DNA from: Raillietiella orientalis
Lineage: Eukaryota
Length of the DNA: 64,000 nucleotides
NCBI GenBank assembly: GCA_036172245.1
Contig: JAYWIR010000036.1
Span: 496,001 to 560,000, forward strand
Direction: 5' to 3'
The notes beneath the pieces were generated by a model. The model saw only the letters and a program-made list of their open reading frames with translations. It searched no databases and was not told the DNA's origin. The first letter of the stretch is position 1. Each line of letters opens with the position of its first letter. This document shows, piece after piece, positions 1 through 14,000 of this stretch. The translations under genes were made by a program, and so were the position numbers.

Positions 1-3000
1 AGTCTGCTGGCGTTAAAAGCACTGCATCTTATCTTGAGGTGCCAGCATATGTCAGGTGGCGCGAGGTACGTTTTAGTCATCCGATCACAAGCTGTTCCTG
101 GTACCGATCGGTTGAGGTCGCCTGCTCTTCTGAGACGCGCAAGAGGGACTCAATGTCGAACCCTGTGACGTGCAGCCTCTCGATCCCAGTTACCACAGAC
201 GAACTGAGTACTCTTCTCTGTTAGAACAGCTTAATTGAGACGGAAAAGGCAGTTCCGGTTGTCGCTGTTTGTGAAATTTCGCAGCTGCGAAATCATCAGC
301 AACAGCAATTACGGGCAACGGCGATTTTTGGCGGTGCTCCTGTCCTTTGAAGTTATCAATTTCCCTTACCACTCGTTCATCGCATAATCAGCATCTGCCA
401 TCGAGCGTGGGATGTCTGAGCCCGGATGACCCAAGTACGAATCACCACAAGTCTCAGCACAGCGGACCCCGTTTGCTTCCACCGACCTCGTGGATGGGTT
501 CGAAGGAACGCGCGCGGACGAGAAACGACTTCGCTCCACTGAAAATGTGCAGGGCCTGGGGATATCTTCGAAACCTCTTGAAATTACTGCCGGTCCTTCT
601 CTCTTGTAGACTACGCATTCAATTTCCTTTCGAGACCATTTCCTTTACGGAAGAATCCATCCTCTTTCTCTCTCGACCGGGAACGAAGCACTTTCGGTTC
701 ATTTTACTGTTTTCTACTTTCTTTTCTTTTCTTTTTTTATGCTGCGGAGGGGCAAATGCCGACTTAATTTCGTTGCTGGCGCCAATCATGGGCTGAGAGT
801 TCTGTCTATGCCCCCATGCTCGGTCTGCTCGCAATCGAAGGTCGGAGCCTTAGAACGAAGACACGATGACCATCCGCGGGAAACAACCTCCCAGCAGATT
901 CGAGGACAGACACAACTACCGCGCAAAAGGAGGAAACAACCGCGCGCGCGTGGACTGGGTGCTCTTTGCCTACAGTCACGCTCACTTCTCGCCAAATGCT
1001 GGCTCCAACCGTGAAAGGATGCTGAAGAACGAGCAATGCTCGCGCAATGCTTTCCTTTTCGGCAGCAAAGTGTGCGACTGATACATTCTTGGGCTTGGCG
1101 ACCGCACATTTGCTGCTGCCACAATAAACTCGATGTCCGCCGTCACTGCACCCGCGTTCCGTGCCTCTCTCTCTCTTCAGAAATTGTCACCACATCGAAA
1201 ATCGACTTTTCCTCGCCTCCTGTGGCGCCCCCTGCCGCCTACGAACATCAGCGGTGGTGCCAAGCCTTTTGCCGCCAGCTCGGTCTGCATCCGGGCGGTT
1301 CCATTCCTCGTCGCAGCGGTTCCTGGTTTGCATGCTGAGTAGTCCCATCCCTTTCCAGAGGAGTCGCACAGTTCGTGCAACGAGCGACAAAGGAGTTCGT
1401 CACCAGCTCCTTCGCCCCACGGAGTCCTAGTGATCGACGTCTGAGGACCACTTGCGTTCACATTACAAGAGTCCAATCTGCTGCACTCCCCAAACGAAGA
1501 GAGTCGAGGTCGCCGACGCCGAATGCGTGGACTGCAATTGCCGAGGGACTAGTGCGTTGTACAAAGCCAAACTGTCCCTGTTCTTCGCTCCCCTCCCTAC
1601 TGCTTGGTCTGTCCCTACTCTTTCTCGTACACCTGGCAGGGAGCTGCCCGCCATTCATGTATCCAGTTCTGATGACTTCCTCCCCAACCCCATAACTTGT
1701 AAGAAACTTTGAACCTGCCTCTTACGCACCCTCTTTTATGACTACAAGAACCACCATCTCGGGTGGTCGTGAATGTCGGTAACTCGGAAATTCCCGTTTC
1801 GGGTTCGACAGTGTCGTCGAGAACACACACCAAAACAGCAGACGGCTCGTTTCGTTTCGGTGTTTCATTTTCTGTTCAATCCGAAATCATCCACGAGAAT
1901 GGGGGGTCGGAAGATTGCGGATTAGCGAAGAAAATCGCGGATCAGTTTCGCGTCTTTCTCCGGCCGTACTTCGCTGAGCAACACGGCTGCCGCTTGTCAT
2001 CCGCTTTCTTTTGCATTTCGGAGCGAGGGCGAATGGCTCGAAAGAGTGCAAGTAAAAGCGGAAAGCACAGGGAACTCCATCTTGCCGAATGCCCGGATAT
2101 CCCGTCTCGCCGCTGCGAAATGCGAAACTTTGAAGCTTAGGCCCAACCAATGCGCAAAAAACGGGGTTCGTCAAGACACTCAGGCGGCGTATCGGAGGAG
2201 GAGCACGTAGCATAGCAAGGGCTTACAGCCCGGGACACGGTGTCACATAAGATTATCACCCGGCTAAAGCACAGAGCAGATACGACGCAGCGTCTTATTG
2301 AGAACTTGGAAGCGCAGAGTCCCAGCGTTGCGGCCATCCCCACCCAAAGGCCTGAAGCACGCACGGGCCAGCGAATTTTGAATGCGCAGTTTCCAGTGAA
2401 ACCGTAGAAGGAAAACAGCGGGAACGGTACTTTCCCTTGTCGCAACTGGGAGGAGGGCCAAAAGACGACTGGCATTAAGCACGTTCGGCAGAAAACCCCG
2501 TAACCATGCGTTCGCTATGACGCACTCACCAAGGAGAGGCTGGAACCGAACGCACATGGTCCACAGAAGCACATCGCACGCGTACCGATTACCATCTACT
2601 TGTTTTGCTGTCAGTCAACGACTGCAGAGTGTTGCTGGGCTCGTGAGTGAGTTAACTGAGGATTACGCGGCACCTTCGTTCATCAAGAATGGCACATTCT
2701 GCGATCTGCAGAATCCCCCAGATACTGACAAGCCGCAGGCGTTGGGGAATACGGAAACATTCTGGGAAACGAGAGGGAACTAGTTTCGGCGTGCTCCGAC
2801 TACTCGGGAAACGCCGACTGGGCTTTTCCCAAAGAACCTGGATGTCCGCAGAAATATATCGAGATGACACCTCGGTTGATCCGCCATCCCAGGACGAAAG
2901 CAGGTTAACACGGCTTTAGGCACTATACATGATTCCTGACATCATTTTACAAAACTTTTACATCTTTTACACTTGTTCGCGCCCGATGGAGTCGACAACG

Positions 3001-6000
3001 TGTTTTCCGTTCCCTGGTGTTGCCTCCCGGTAATCGACGGAACCCATGGAATGCACCCAGGCACCAGGTCGATCACGCTCCGTGGATCTGTATCAGTAAT
3101 GCAAAATGTACCACGCGCCTGATGTGTCACTGTCCGATGTGCCAGCGCGCATGATCTCGCCTGCTATGTGCATGGTGGGACTGGTCTCGACCGCGGATCG
3201 AATCTGTGCTTCATCCCTCCCCGATGACTGATGCCATCCCTCACGAAGAGATGAGCCCCTTTTTATGATGCCCTGGATCACGAGTTATTCCCGCCTTTCG
3301 CCATGCAAGCCCAAACTTTCTCCGCGGTCATGTTCAGGTGGAACGCTCAACCGAACAAGAATGGCTGCAAGAGCTCCGTGACGCAGAGCCAAAGTTTCGC
3401 TCCCAGAAAAATTCCCGTTTGCAACCAATGCAGCAGTCTCCTCTGCGTGCGAAAACTCCGGCAAACAGTCTCAAACGGGAGAGCTGTGCCTTGCTCCGGC
3501 TAGAAATCCCACCCAACCCGCGCGTTCTTTGACTTGACTGCACTGCGATGAGACGAGTTTACGGTGGCATGAAGAATGCAATGCCATCTGACGTCCACTT
3601 CGTGCCATGTGAAATCCCATTTCCGGTATGCACACACGCAAACTCTGGTACGATCAAAATCCAAAAGGCCTGCTTCGAATTTTCAGCTGCGGTGAGGCAA
3701 ATCCCTCCTTCTCCCCGGAACTGCAAACACATCCCTATGACGTGGAAAGTCTACCTAGGCTGCCCAAAGCAACCTCGTGTACATGCTCTGCATCAGAAAG
3801 CCACAAATCAAGGCGCTTCGCCTTTGTGTGTGTGTGTGTGGGGGGGGTTACATATAAGCGAAAAGTAGTAAAATCTGTACCCTTCCCTCCCAATCGAATG
3901 GAGCAACATCATCACGCATTCGGGGAGAAGAACGTGACGCAAGTACACCACAAGGTTTAAAAACTTTCGGCGCACCAAACAGATCCCGAGACACTTCAAC
4001 ATACCCCTTGAGAGCAAGCGGGCGTACTTCTGCCCTTCACAGACAGCTTCGACGTCTCGGCCGATGACTACGACACTTTTGAGCACAACGTCGTAAATCG
4101 CGGGGATTGCCCATTTATCTCCAGCTGCCTGCCCCAAATCCCTTCATTTTCTTGGAGCCTCAGCACACTTGTTGAACCTCGACAACGAAAACGGATCAAA
4201 CGCCGCTCCAGACAGATAGGTTTCCTACAAATATGCAATAAACCTTGTGGCTCGATCGCCAAGAGAAATCCTTTTTCCTCGTTTAGGAAATCACCCCGCT
4301 CCAGCCCTGAGGATTCTTCTGCACGAGACGACTTGGACTGCAGGTGCGTTTCGTATTTCACACACCTATCACGAGCGCAGAGAGAAGTTGAAAACTTTCA
4401 GTTCTCTGCTCTTGACAGCACGATGCGATTACGCTGTCACGACGCACACAATAAATTCCGGAAGTTTCCGAATAAGGCACGCACTCCTATCCGAGCGCAA
4501 ATAAAACCAATAAGGAGGAATGCGGAGGCGATGGTAGCGATCGCCAAGAGCAGTAAGTAATGATTCTTCTGCCGAAACTTCATCCAAAGATACCTTGCGG
4601 CGCGTAAACGGAGCGTAAATCCACAGAAACGGCAACCCACGTAGGAACAAGACGAAGCATCTTCACGTCCCTACGATTTCCGATGCACTCGGGATTTGAA
4701 GCCGTCCTGCTTTCGTCCCGGGATGAAGGCCTAGCCAAACCCTTGCTGCGAGAAGAGCAAACGAGCCAGTTCTCAGCATCCTATGAGGGAGCTCGATACA
4801 CGGTGTGCGGCCCCTCAACTCATGAAACGTTAAAACGGATACGGACGCACGGATTGCAGAATTTCTAAGCAGGCCGAAGCTAAGGGGAGACCCGAGAAGA
4901 GGCTGGGGTAAAGGGGTACTTACGGCGGACTCCGAAACTCGGGAATCTCGCGCAGTCAAACATCCTACGTTGCCGCGAGTGAATCGTCCCTGCGGAGGGA
5001 GGGCTGGATGGGAAATCGGTAGGAATCGATGAAGAAGAATTCGTACTGCCGAGGGCAGGGAAGAAAGAAGGGCAACCACGCTCTTGCCCTACGTGTTCAC
5101 GCTCATGCTTATTTGATGACTCGACCAGGCACATGTCTTCGGGGGTTCACGAAGAGAAAGCACGATAGCCAACACGAACTCGCTGCGAATACTCGCGATG
5201 GGCTAACAAAGCGATTACGGGCAAATGCGATAAAAAACGTTTCGCCAGGGGGAAGCATGAGCACCGTAACATGACTTTTCGATTATCTTCAAAGTACACG
5301 CGAGTACCCCTAATTCTGCTGCAAAAGAAGGATGTGATGAGCTTTGAGACAGGCTACATGGATTCGGAGAAACTGTAAAATCCACTGTGAGGTCGTAATC
5401 CGTACTGTTCCAGGGCAAATGATGATAAAACTTCTTACGTTTCCTGAATAATCAACATCAGGAAGGGCAGCGGCTCCGAATGAATTGTTGGCCCCCAGAT
5501 TAAGATTTATAAGAACCAAATCTATATGATAAGGGAATCCAAAACTCTACCGTAGAGCTATGCAAATTCCCGTGAGATTTCGGGCCATCGTCGGACAAAG
5601 GTTCTAGTCTGTAGGCATTGGTAGTTTTCGCACCCTTACATGTTAGTAATGCCTGCTGTGTTTATTCTAGTTGAGCTAGATGAGGTCATTAGAAAAATGC
5701 ATAAGACGGCAGGCCGTTTCTGCTTCAGACCCTTCAAACAAATGGCTGCAAATGCCGTTCAAGATTTTCCTTACCAGAGTTAATGAGACATACGCAATGC
5801 TGCACAAAAAGCGGAAGCTATAAACACAAACATTCGTTCACATGGGAAAACGTACGCATAAAGGCACTGCAATGGCACACCTCATTTTTGAAAACTTGCC
5901 GTTATTTTACTTGTTTTTCCTCTTCACGAAATCCCAGGTTGAGAATTTCCCGGAAAAAAGCTATATTGCCTAGTCATTACACAAAAGATCAATTTTTGAA

Positions 6001-6776
6001 TGATGCTCAAATTCAATTATTCACTAATGGAAAACCACCTAGCTACATGTACAGTAATTGAAATTTCGAGAAATATAAGATTATTCTTAGTCCAGGGTAT
6101 ACAAGGGAGCTATACAGAATACTCCCATTTTACCCTGGAACAAACCACATATGTGCAACATGCAAGCAACTGCAAAATTACACAGCATAAGTGTAACAAA
6201 TAAGTTGTATAGGAATCCACATTTCTCTGCAAATAACAATTACAATTCAAAACCCTGATATCAGTAAACACACTTTACTTTTGGAAAAAAAAATTCTAAG
6301 AAATACCAGACATATACAACTACTTATTACATTACTGACAAGTTAACAGTGAGAACCTTCGGGTAAGATGTGAAAAACCAGAGTGAACATACCATAAGTA
6401 CTGCATTCAAGTTGAATTATTTGTTTTGGAAATACCCCTTGCATATTTCAGGCTGCTGTGTCACAAAAAGACAAAGTATATCAACAGATGAAATTTAAAT
6501 CATTGTGACTGAATGACTGATGAAACATTAGAATACTTTTAAGCAATATGACTGGCAATCTATGCACAGTGTTTACATGAAGATCTAGTGAATTTATCAT
6601 ATTCAAAATATGGTTTATCGCTCTCATTGCATTGCATCCCACCACCAAAACACTCAGTGCTGTGAATACAGCTATATAAGCATCTTTGGCAAAGATGGAT
6701 AAAACCACCTCAAGGTACAGTGCCCATCTGTTTCACAATAAAAATACACCAGCAGGGTATTTGAAATCCTATATTG

Positions 6777-7480
6777 TCAATCAGTAATAATCAACTCATC
6801 AATACCCCAATCCTCAAAGCTGTTATCAGGTAAATAGCGTCGAATTATCAAAGGTATTTTCCTTTGTTTCAGTTCTTTCATTGCAATTTGCAAAGGATCT
6901 GTCTCACCCTCTAATTCTACCATGACTGGTGCAGCCATTGCAATTTGCAATGCTCTTGTTCCTAATACACGAGCTCTTTCATATCTAATGAACAAAGCAT
7001 TGCTGAATATCATTTTACTTCAATTTTTTCAAGTTGTTTAACTTAAGCAAGATTGCATGCATTTTAGAGAAAAGTAAAACAAATTAATACAACACTAATC
7101 TTGCTTGAATAAGTATGAAAACCACAAATGCAAATCATTACCTTAAAAGTGCACTACAAAAAATCTTGGGAAATAAATCTCTACTTACTTAGTCATGTAA
7201 CATGTAGTAATTCTCTTCTGCTGTTGGATGGGTTGCTGGGCATCTCCGGCTGCTAGAATGTCAATGGCTTCATCCTGCATTACATAAAATAATTGTTTCA
7301 AAATACAGTAAACATACTTCCACTTGATCTTCATCTAGATTATCATCTTCTTCCACTTCATCAAATTCCTCTCCTAAGCTGTAAAACACAGAAATGCAAA
7401 AAAGAAACGGGAAAATACGTTGTTACCTAACTCAGAAAACTTTACACTTACTCATCAGCCTCATATTCATCATCTGCCAT
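6777..7480 (-). CDS. POLR2F: DNA-directed RNA polymerases I, II and III subunit RPABC2 (RPB6); 4 exons: 7480-7452, 7378-7318, 7274-7189, 6984-6777; 127 aa
   Basis: All three introns are GT-AG (73, 43, 204 nt) with compatible phases, and the exons total 384 nt. The protein has an acidic N-terminus ([22 protein letters not shown]...) and the RPB6 core [57 protein letters not shown]. Confidence 0.97.
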
Positions 7481-8014
7481 CACTGCATTGGAAGGTTATT
7501 TTGAAATAACTCGGAGAATAAATTCTATTTTGTATTCTTTGCAAGGACGGCTCGTAAGCCTTGTTCACGCGATTGGCTTCAAGTGCTACCACATGAAGAC
7601 AGGCTCCCCATGTGAAACTTTAAAGGCAGCATTCAACAAGTAACAAATTAGCTACAAAAGGAACGGTACTCGCCGAATGAAAATCCGGGTGGTAATTACT
7701 CTTATTAAGATCTATCAGAATAAAATAAGCTGACACCGTCAATCGTCAATGAGAGACTTATAGTGGGCATGCGCTTTCTTCAAGCGTTTCCTTAAAGCCA
7801 TCCGCGTTCCCAGCACACCACATGCCAGTCTCGAGCTGTTGCCTTGTAAGCTTTTCCAACCTAATAGTTTCCTCACCAGGGCACTCTTTCATGAGAATTA
7901 TCTCCATGATCATTATTCTGTTATTAGGCGAAACGTAGCAGATCAGGAGAAGGTAAAAAAAATAAAAATGCGATGAGGAATCAGCAAAATTTGATACTGC
8001 TTGTGGCAAGTATT

Positions 8015-8025
8015 GGCGCCATTTT
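8015..8025 (-). promoter_or_regulatory. YY1/Pleiohomeotic-like motif AAAATGGCGCC upstream of RPB6
   Basis: Plus strand reads GGCGCCATTTT, about 540 nt upstream of the RPB6 ATG. The motif is typical of housekeeping promoters; function is not shown. Confidence 0.3.
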
Positions 8026-11000
8026 TCTCACCTACAATAATTATAGAGCTCTAGATTGCATGCTAAAAGTAATCTTAATCCACATTATGAGCAGATATTT
8101 GGATGTGTTATCGATTATCTAAAAAGGCTTCCTTAGATTCCCGAGAAACAGTTTTGCAAAACTGTCAAGGCTGGAAATATAATTATCTTTCAACTCGCTC
8201 TATAGTGATATCCTAGTTTTCAGAATGCAATTACACAAAGTAGCTTTCCCCTTTTTATTCATTTTATTATTGTATTCATCATTGTATTTTAGTTTTTAAT
8301 GATCGTTTCACTGAGATAGTACAATTATATCGGGTGCTATCATCGTGAAAAAGCGCTTGCAATGAGCGCAGGCATATAAGTATTCGAAATGTTTGTGAAT
8401 TACTGCAAATTAATCCTCTGCTCATTTATCAAGGTCCTGCTAAACTCGTAGACACTTTATTTAATGCAGCCCTCAGAATAAAATTACGCTTAAATTGACA
8501 TAGCACACAGATATATTGCATACGATAAGTGACGTCATAACAATGGGATCCTATGATATTTGGATCTGTTGAAGTAGCCACAGAACACTTTGACGTGCCA
8601 AACAAGAAGACGAAGTAGTTACTAGTCCCGCTAAAGAAGTTAAACAGTTCTTTATATGGTGTCCATCAGTGTTCGCTTCAAGTGCTTCACCAGAAGTTGA
8701 TTAGGTCGCTACTCACGGATGCTGCTTCAAATCCTAAACCATCACTTGCTCGCTTTCTAATTCATTCAATTAGTCAACAATTCATCCTTTCAAAGTAGCT
8801 TTCTAATTCACGTTATCGATGATGATGGGAAATTCCGCTCCTGCAATCGAATCCGGTCGCTTGTGGGGTGGGTACACAGACGTGCTCCGTGGGACTGGAG
8901 GTTTATAGGGATGCACTGGTGTTCGTGACACGCAGCAGCACACAAAGGGTCCAGGGTCCTCCGAAGCACCAAGCCCAGCCGCCAGATACCACTTTGTCGC
9001 GACCGGGCCGGAAGTTCCGCCGTCTGACGAGCTTGGGATCGGAGGCAGCCCCAGGGGTGCAGTTCCAAACCCCCTCCCTCGTGGGTGTGAAGAAGAGAAT
9101 CCGCTTGATGAACCTTCAGCTCGTGAGGCACGGATGGGCACCTGCCTGACAAGCCAGCCGGGAAAGAAAGCGCGCGATTTCAGAGGGCTACCCAAGCACG
9201 GGCGCTCGCGCGCGCCTCCTCCGTGCTCGGACGGCTCCTTCGCAGACGCGTAGTTCGCCCTTCCGAGGAAGAGTCGAAGCAGTCAGCCCTGGATCGCACA
9301 TTTCGGGCTCTCCTCCTGTTTTTTGGGTTTTTGTTCTCCCTTCCCTCCCCCTCATCGATTTTCCGTGCATGCGCTCTTCCCGAGGAGGGAAAAACACGAA
9401 GTGAATCCCAGATCATCCTGCACATCCGACCACATCTGAGAGGAAACTCGGGTTCCCTTTCCATCTGCGATTCAGCATGCCACGACGAGGAGCACGGCGA
9501 GGCCTGGCAATTTGTCTTCTCCGTGCCTCGCGGGGAAGTTTCGACCAAACGACAAAACGTTCCCTTCGGCTCCATTAGAGGGGGAGAGACGGGAGGAAGA
9601 GAGTAATGCGTTCCCTTCGATCGCCATTACTCTTTTACAAACAGCTGCTTTCGGCACGTTTGCGTACCGCGTACCGCGGCCTCCTCGCAGCGTTGGATAC
9701 CTGCGGCAATCATCTCAGCATCCTCCGCGCCATGGATGCAGGAGCCGAGCGCGCTCTCAGGCGACGTCGCCTATGCCGGCTGGGAAGCCACGAGAGGCGG
9801 CGTCGCGCGAACTACTCAGTCCTCGCCGCGACGCGCAGGCGCTTCTCCCTCCCCCTTGGCCGAGGAGCTGTGTGACCCAGGGGAAGATTCGCTCCTGGTA
9901 ATCCTCATCTCTCTTGTGTTCGATTTGCAGCAGGGTCAGTCAATCAAACCTCCTCCCCTTTCTCCTCTTCCTCCTCCCTTCCTCCCTCCCCTCCTCCTCA
10001 TTCCACCCCGCGCTCGAAGTGAAGCATTGCGTCTCCCGTGCACCTTCCCAGTTCCCCGTTCCGGAGAAGACTTTGAGCCGAAGGCGCCTACCTGCGGTGC
10101 CTCTGAGAACTTCGTCTTGCTCTGGTTCTAGGGAAGATCCACCTGAAGAGATCCTCTCGACGCAAGAAAGTCTGTCTGTCTCCGTCGCTCGCGAGGGCGA
10201 CTGCTCCTGCCCTCCAGCCCGAAGGGTGGGCGGAAGAGGCATCTTCCCGGAGAGAGGGTCGCGCCCCTTTCCTCGCGGGGCAGGAGAAAGGAGCAGCTCC
10301 CCCGGGCCTCCCTGTCCTCCTCTAAGAGCGCTCCTCCATTCGAGTTTTCTGTTCCCCTCTGGACCAGAAGGAGCTGCATTCTGGAAAGGAAAATGGGTGA
10401 GGGAGAAGGGAGGGAGGAAGCGAGGCCAACTCGCACCTCACTTCGAGCCCCAAGGAAAGCGAAGGAGGGGTCACCTGTTGGCCCGCGGCGCGGTCCACGC
10501 CTCCCCGGCTGAGGGTTGCCCTCGGGCAGTCGGAAGCGGACACGACCGCTCGAAGGCCTTGGGACGGACGGACCGGCGGAGGCCTCCGCGAGGCGAAAGG
10601 GTGGATGCCTCGCCCGCTTCTCGCACTTCCGGGCATCTGCTGACCTCGGGGAAGAGAGCGAGAGGAGGGGGGGAGGGGGGTGATCTCGGGGTGTCCTCTA
10701 GCCAGCGGTTTGTTCTTCCGCCCGCCTGCTGGGCGGTCGTCGCCGCTGGTGGGTGCGTCTCTGGGATCCACGAGGGTCCACCTACCGTCGGGCTGTCGCC
10801 CCCCCTTCTGGACCGGCAGGGTTGACCACGGCCGACCCCCTTCTCTGGTCTCGCGCAACATCTCTCTGCGGCCGCCGCTCCCCCTCCACGGAGGTGGCGC
10901 TCCGATGGTTTGCACTTCCCCCTCTGCCCCTTGGCAAGGAGCGCCCTAGGATGGAAGGGCAAAACGGCAAACACCCTTTCGAGTCCACCCGCTCTTCTGA

Positions 11001-14000
11001 AGAGCGCGTACGCCCCACAAAGGAATGGATCTCAGCGGGGACCCGCGGGGCACGACGGAGGCTCTGCCTTGGGGAAGCTTCGTTTCCCTGGAGACGAGGA
11101 CGCCGCGACCCAGGACCCTTTGCGCAGCCGGGCGAGCACGAGTGGTCAGCGCCTCCGTGGGCTCTCGGATGCCTTTCTGCTCCAGGCGGGGCGCTCGGGA
11201 GGTGGGGCAGAAGAAAGGTCAGAGGTGACGCCATCCCTGGTGGAATGCGTATGCGACCTCAGACTCGGGATACAGCGACGGCAGCAGCAGTGTTTTGTTG
11301 CAGGGCGAAGTCTCTCGGGAGGAACTCCCCGGCGCGCCCTCCGGACGGGGCGACAAGGCGGGAGGAGGTGAAGCCGACCCACGGGCTGCCCTGCCGGCGG
11401 GCGGAGGGCAACCCGTGAGGACCATAGACCGGCGGCAGGCAGTGCGCTGCTCTTCGCAGTTTCTACCCGGTCACCCTGGAAGCCGTCGACGCCCGCAACG
11501 CTCGCGGTGATGTCACCGGCGACCGCTGGCGCACGCAAGCAGGTCTGAGCGGAAGGTGGAAGCCGGGAGCCGACTGTGTGCGTGGGCGCGCGTTCAGTCC
11601 GCTCTTCCGCGCTTCACTTCACTGCGCGTGTGGCTGAGGCTCTCCTCTCCCTTTCCCCCTCCCTGGTCTGTCCCATCCGGAGCGGACCCGCTCTCGTTCA
11701 CTGACGCGCCACGCATCTGACGGCAGGAGCGCGAAGCCACTTCCGGGAGGAGGCGGACGGACGGAGGAAAGGTCGCTCTGCCGCTCTCACAGCGTGACCT
11801 TGTCTCCATCCCTTCCCCCTTGTAGGGTAGGAACGGACCATTTCTTCCCGCTCCAAGTCCATGGGAGTCCCCTGGGAACGAAGGAGCGGTGGCGCGTCGC
11901 GCCGAGGTGCCCGCCCGGCGCGCAGAGTTCCTCCCCAAGCTTGAGAGGAACCAACTCTGAGCCCTTCCTGGATTATAGGGCGGACCCCCATCCCAGGATG
12001 TCCCCTATCCTGAAGGATTACACGCCCCCTGAGGGTTGCCGCAGGCGGGGAGGCGTGGAAACAAAACAGTGTGTTTAAAAGAGCCACATGCGCCGCGAGG
12101 CACTCGACCGGCCCTGAGGTACTCAGAGTCCTGCTGAATGCCGCTGCTGCGGGCAGCAGCGGGGGCGTGGCTCAGTTCCTCCTCCTTCCCACCTCTTTTG
12201 GAGAGACTCCTCTCTGGATAAAGCGCGAAATGTGCACTTTCCTTCACTCCCGCGGTTTCCGAAAACAGGGGATCCCCGCCCCCCCGACGTTGCTACGCAA
12301 TCAAGACATCACGCCGGCTGCCTCCCTTTGCGGGCGAGTCCGCGACGTGCTGCTCTGCCTCCTCACACGCCTCCGTTGCGCCCCATCGCTCTTTCTTCTC
12401 GGTGTCCAGGCAAGAGGACATGTCCGGGATGGATCGCATACTGGCAGTAGATGGGCGCGCCTGGACGGAAGGCCGAGCTGGGCCACCACCGAGAGGGGAT
12501 GTTCGGTCCGCTGCCGTCCGGGACGACCTCGTCTCGTCCCGAGGTAGCAGCAACAACCTCAGGTCGAGACGGTCCGCACGCACGAGAATTGGTACGCGCG
12601 GACCGCGCGCAAAAGGGAACGAGTGGGAGGCGGCGACCACCTAATGCACTACCCCCATACTTCCTCCTTTCCACCGTTCCCCGCCCATCCCACCCCTCAG
12701 GCGCGAACTCGGCGACTCTGCAAGACGGAAGGTGCAGTCGGCACGAAAGCAGCAGCCCGCCAGCCCGCGCTCTATCGGGAAGCGTGTCCTCCCGCAGTGC
12801 CGCGAAAGGGAGGGTTACAGCATGAGGGTTGAGGCTTGGACGCGGCAGGAGAAGCGGGGAAAGCCGCCCTCCAGCCCCGTACGACTCCCGTGCTCGGGAC
12901 GAATGTTCCCGGCCGAATGAACCCCGAGGGTTCCTCCCGCGGTGACGTCATCCCTTGGCTTCCTGACACACGCGCTCATGGCTTTCTCCGGAACGCTTCC
13001 TCCCACCCCCCTCTGCCACCACCCCGCCCCCAGAGGTACGTTGGGAACCCTCACTGCATGCTCTTTGCGAGCTTGCGCGTGAGCAAACCGGAGTCTCCAA
13101 CACTGGGAGGCCGGTCGTCGTCTCGCCTACCCCTGGTATCAGACCCGCCGGAAGGCGCATGGCAGGAACCGCGCTCGGCTCGTCACGCTGCCTCTCCAAG
13201 CAGGCGGAACACGAGCCGAATCTCACGGACTGCTCCCATTCTCGCAACAGGGCAGTCTGGGAGAAGCTGCTCAGGGAGCAGAGCGAGCGCGTCCTACTGA
13301 AAAGACGGAAGCTTCGTCCTACTCCGAGGAGGGGGGAGCCAAAGTTCCCCCTGGTTCCGATGTTCCCAATGTCCGATGAACTCTCGCTCTCCAAAAAGTG
13401 GGCAGGAACCCTGCCAACCACGCCCCTTTCCTCCACCGCGAAGCGACCACCCCCTTCAGAGATGATGTCCTTAAGGAGGAACGACGTGCAGCGCCGTTCG
13501 GGAACAAACAAATCGCGGAGCTTCGCCACTGCTCGCCATCCATTTCATGCGCGAGAGTCGGCAGCGCCCGCTAAGACAAATCTGCCAGCTTTGGGTTCTC
13601 TCGTCGTGATCTCAGCACGCGCGCTTCCTGTTGGCTCGTCTCGGGGGCCGCGCTCATAGCGCGATCTCGTCGACCTGTTTCAACGCACACCATCCGTTTA
13701 ATGGCTGTCGTTAACCCGCTCAATGATCCTTGCTTGCCGCTGGAGCTGCGAGAAAGGAGGGTAGAAAAAGGGGCGCGCAAAGCAGCCCCGTTCCGGTGCG
13801 AAGGTGCTACCATGGCAGCTTTCCGGCCGGTCGCGAGAATGTGGCGCAGTATCGGACTTTGAGCGCGCGTGGTCTTCACCGCTCGCGTCAACAATGGGAT
13901 CGGAGGGGCGCATTGTTGGACTCGCCATGAACCATCTCTTTCAGCAAGAACGGAGTTGCCGTTGGCGCGCGGATGACCCGCGGATGGGGACCAGGATCCG

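Noticed and set aside
5215..5880. Minus-strand GTAAG donors (5774, 5639, 5438) and a short MRCAIAVPLC start suggesting a small gene downstream of RPB6
   Set aside because: Could not be assembled into a stop-free spliced frame with plausible intron sizes.
6481..6708. 75-aa hydrophobic ORF just downstream of RPB6
   Set aside because: Non-ATG start, no recognisable motif; most likely 3'UTR or intergenic.
6985..7013. ORF-track N-terminus [10 protein letters not shown] for RPB6
   Set aside because: Intronic; the true exon starts at the acceptor at 6984.
7891..7938. Signal-peptide-like MRIISMIIILLLGET on the plus strand
   Set aside because: Ends at a stop after 15 codons and no downstream exon could be linked.
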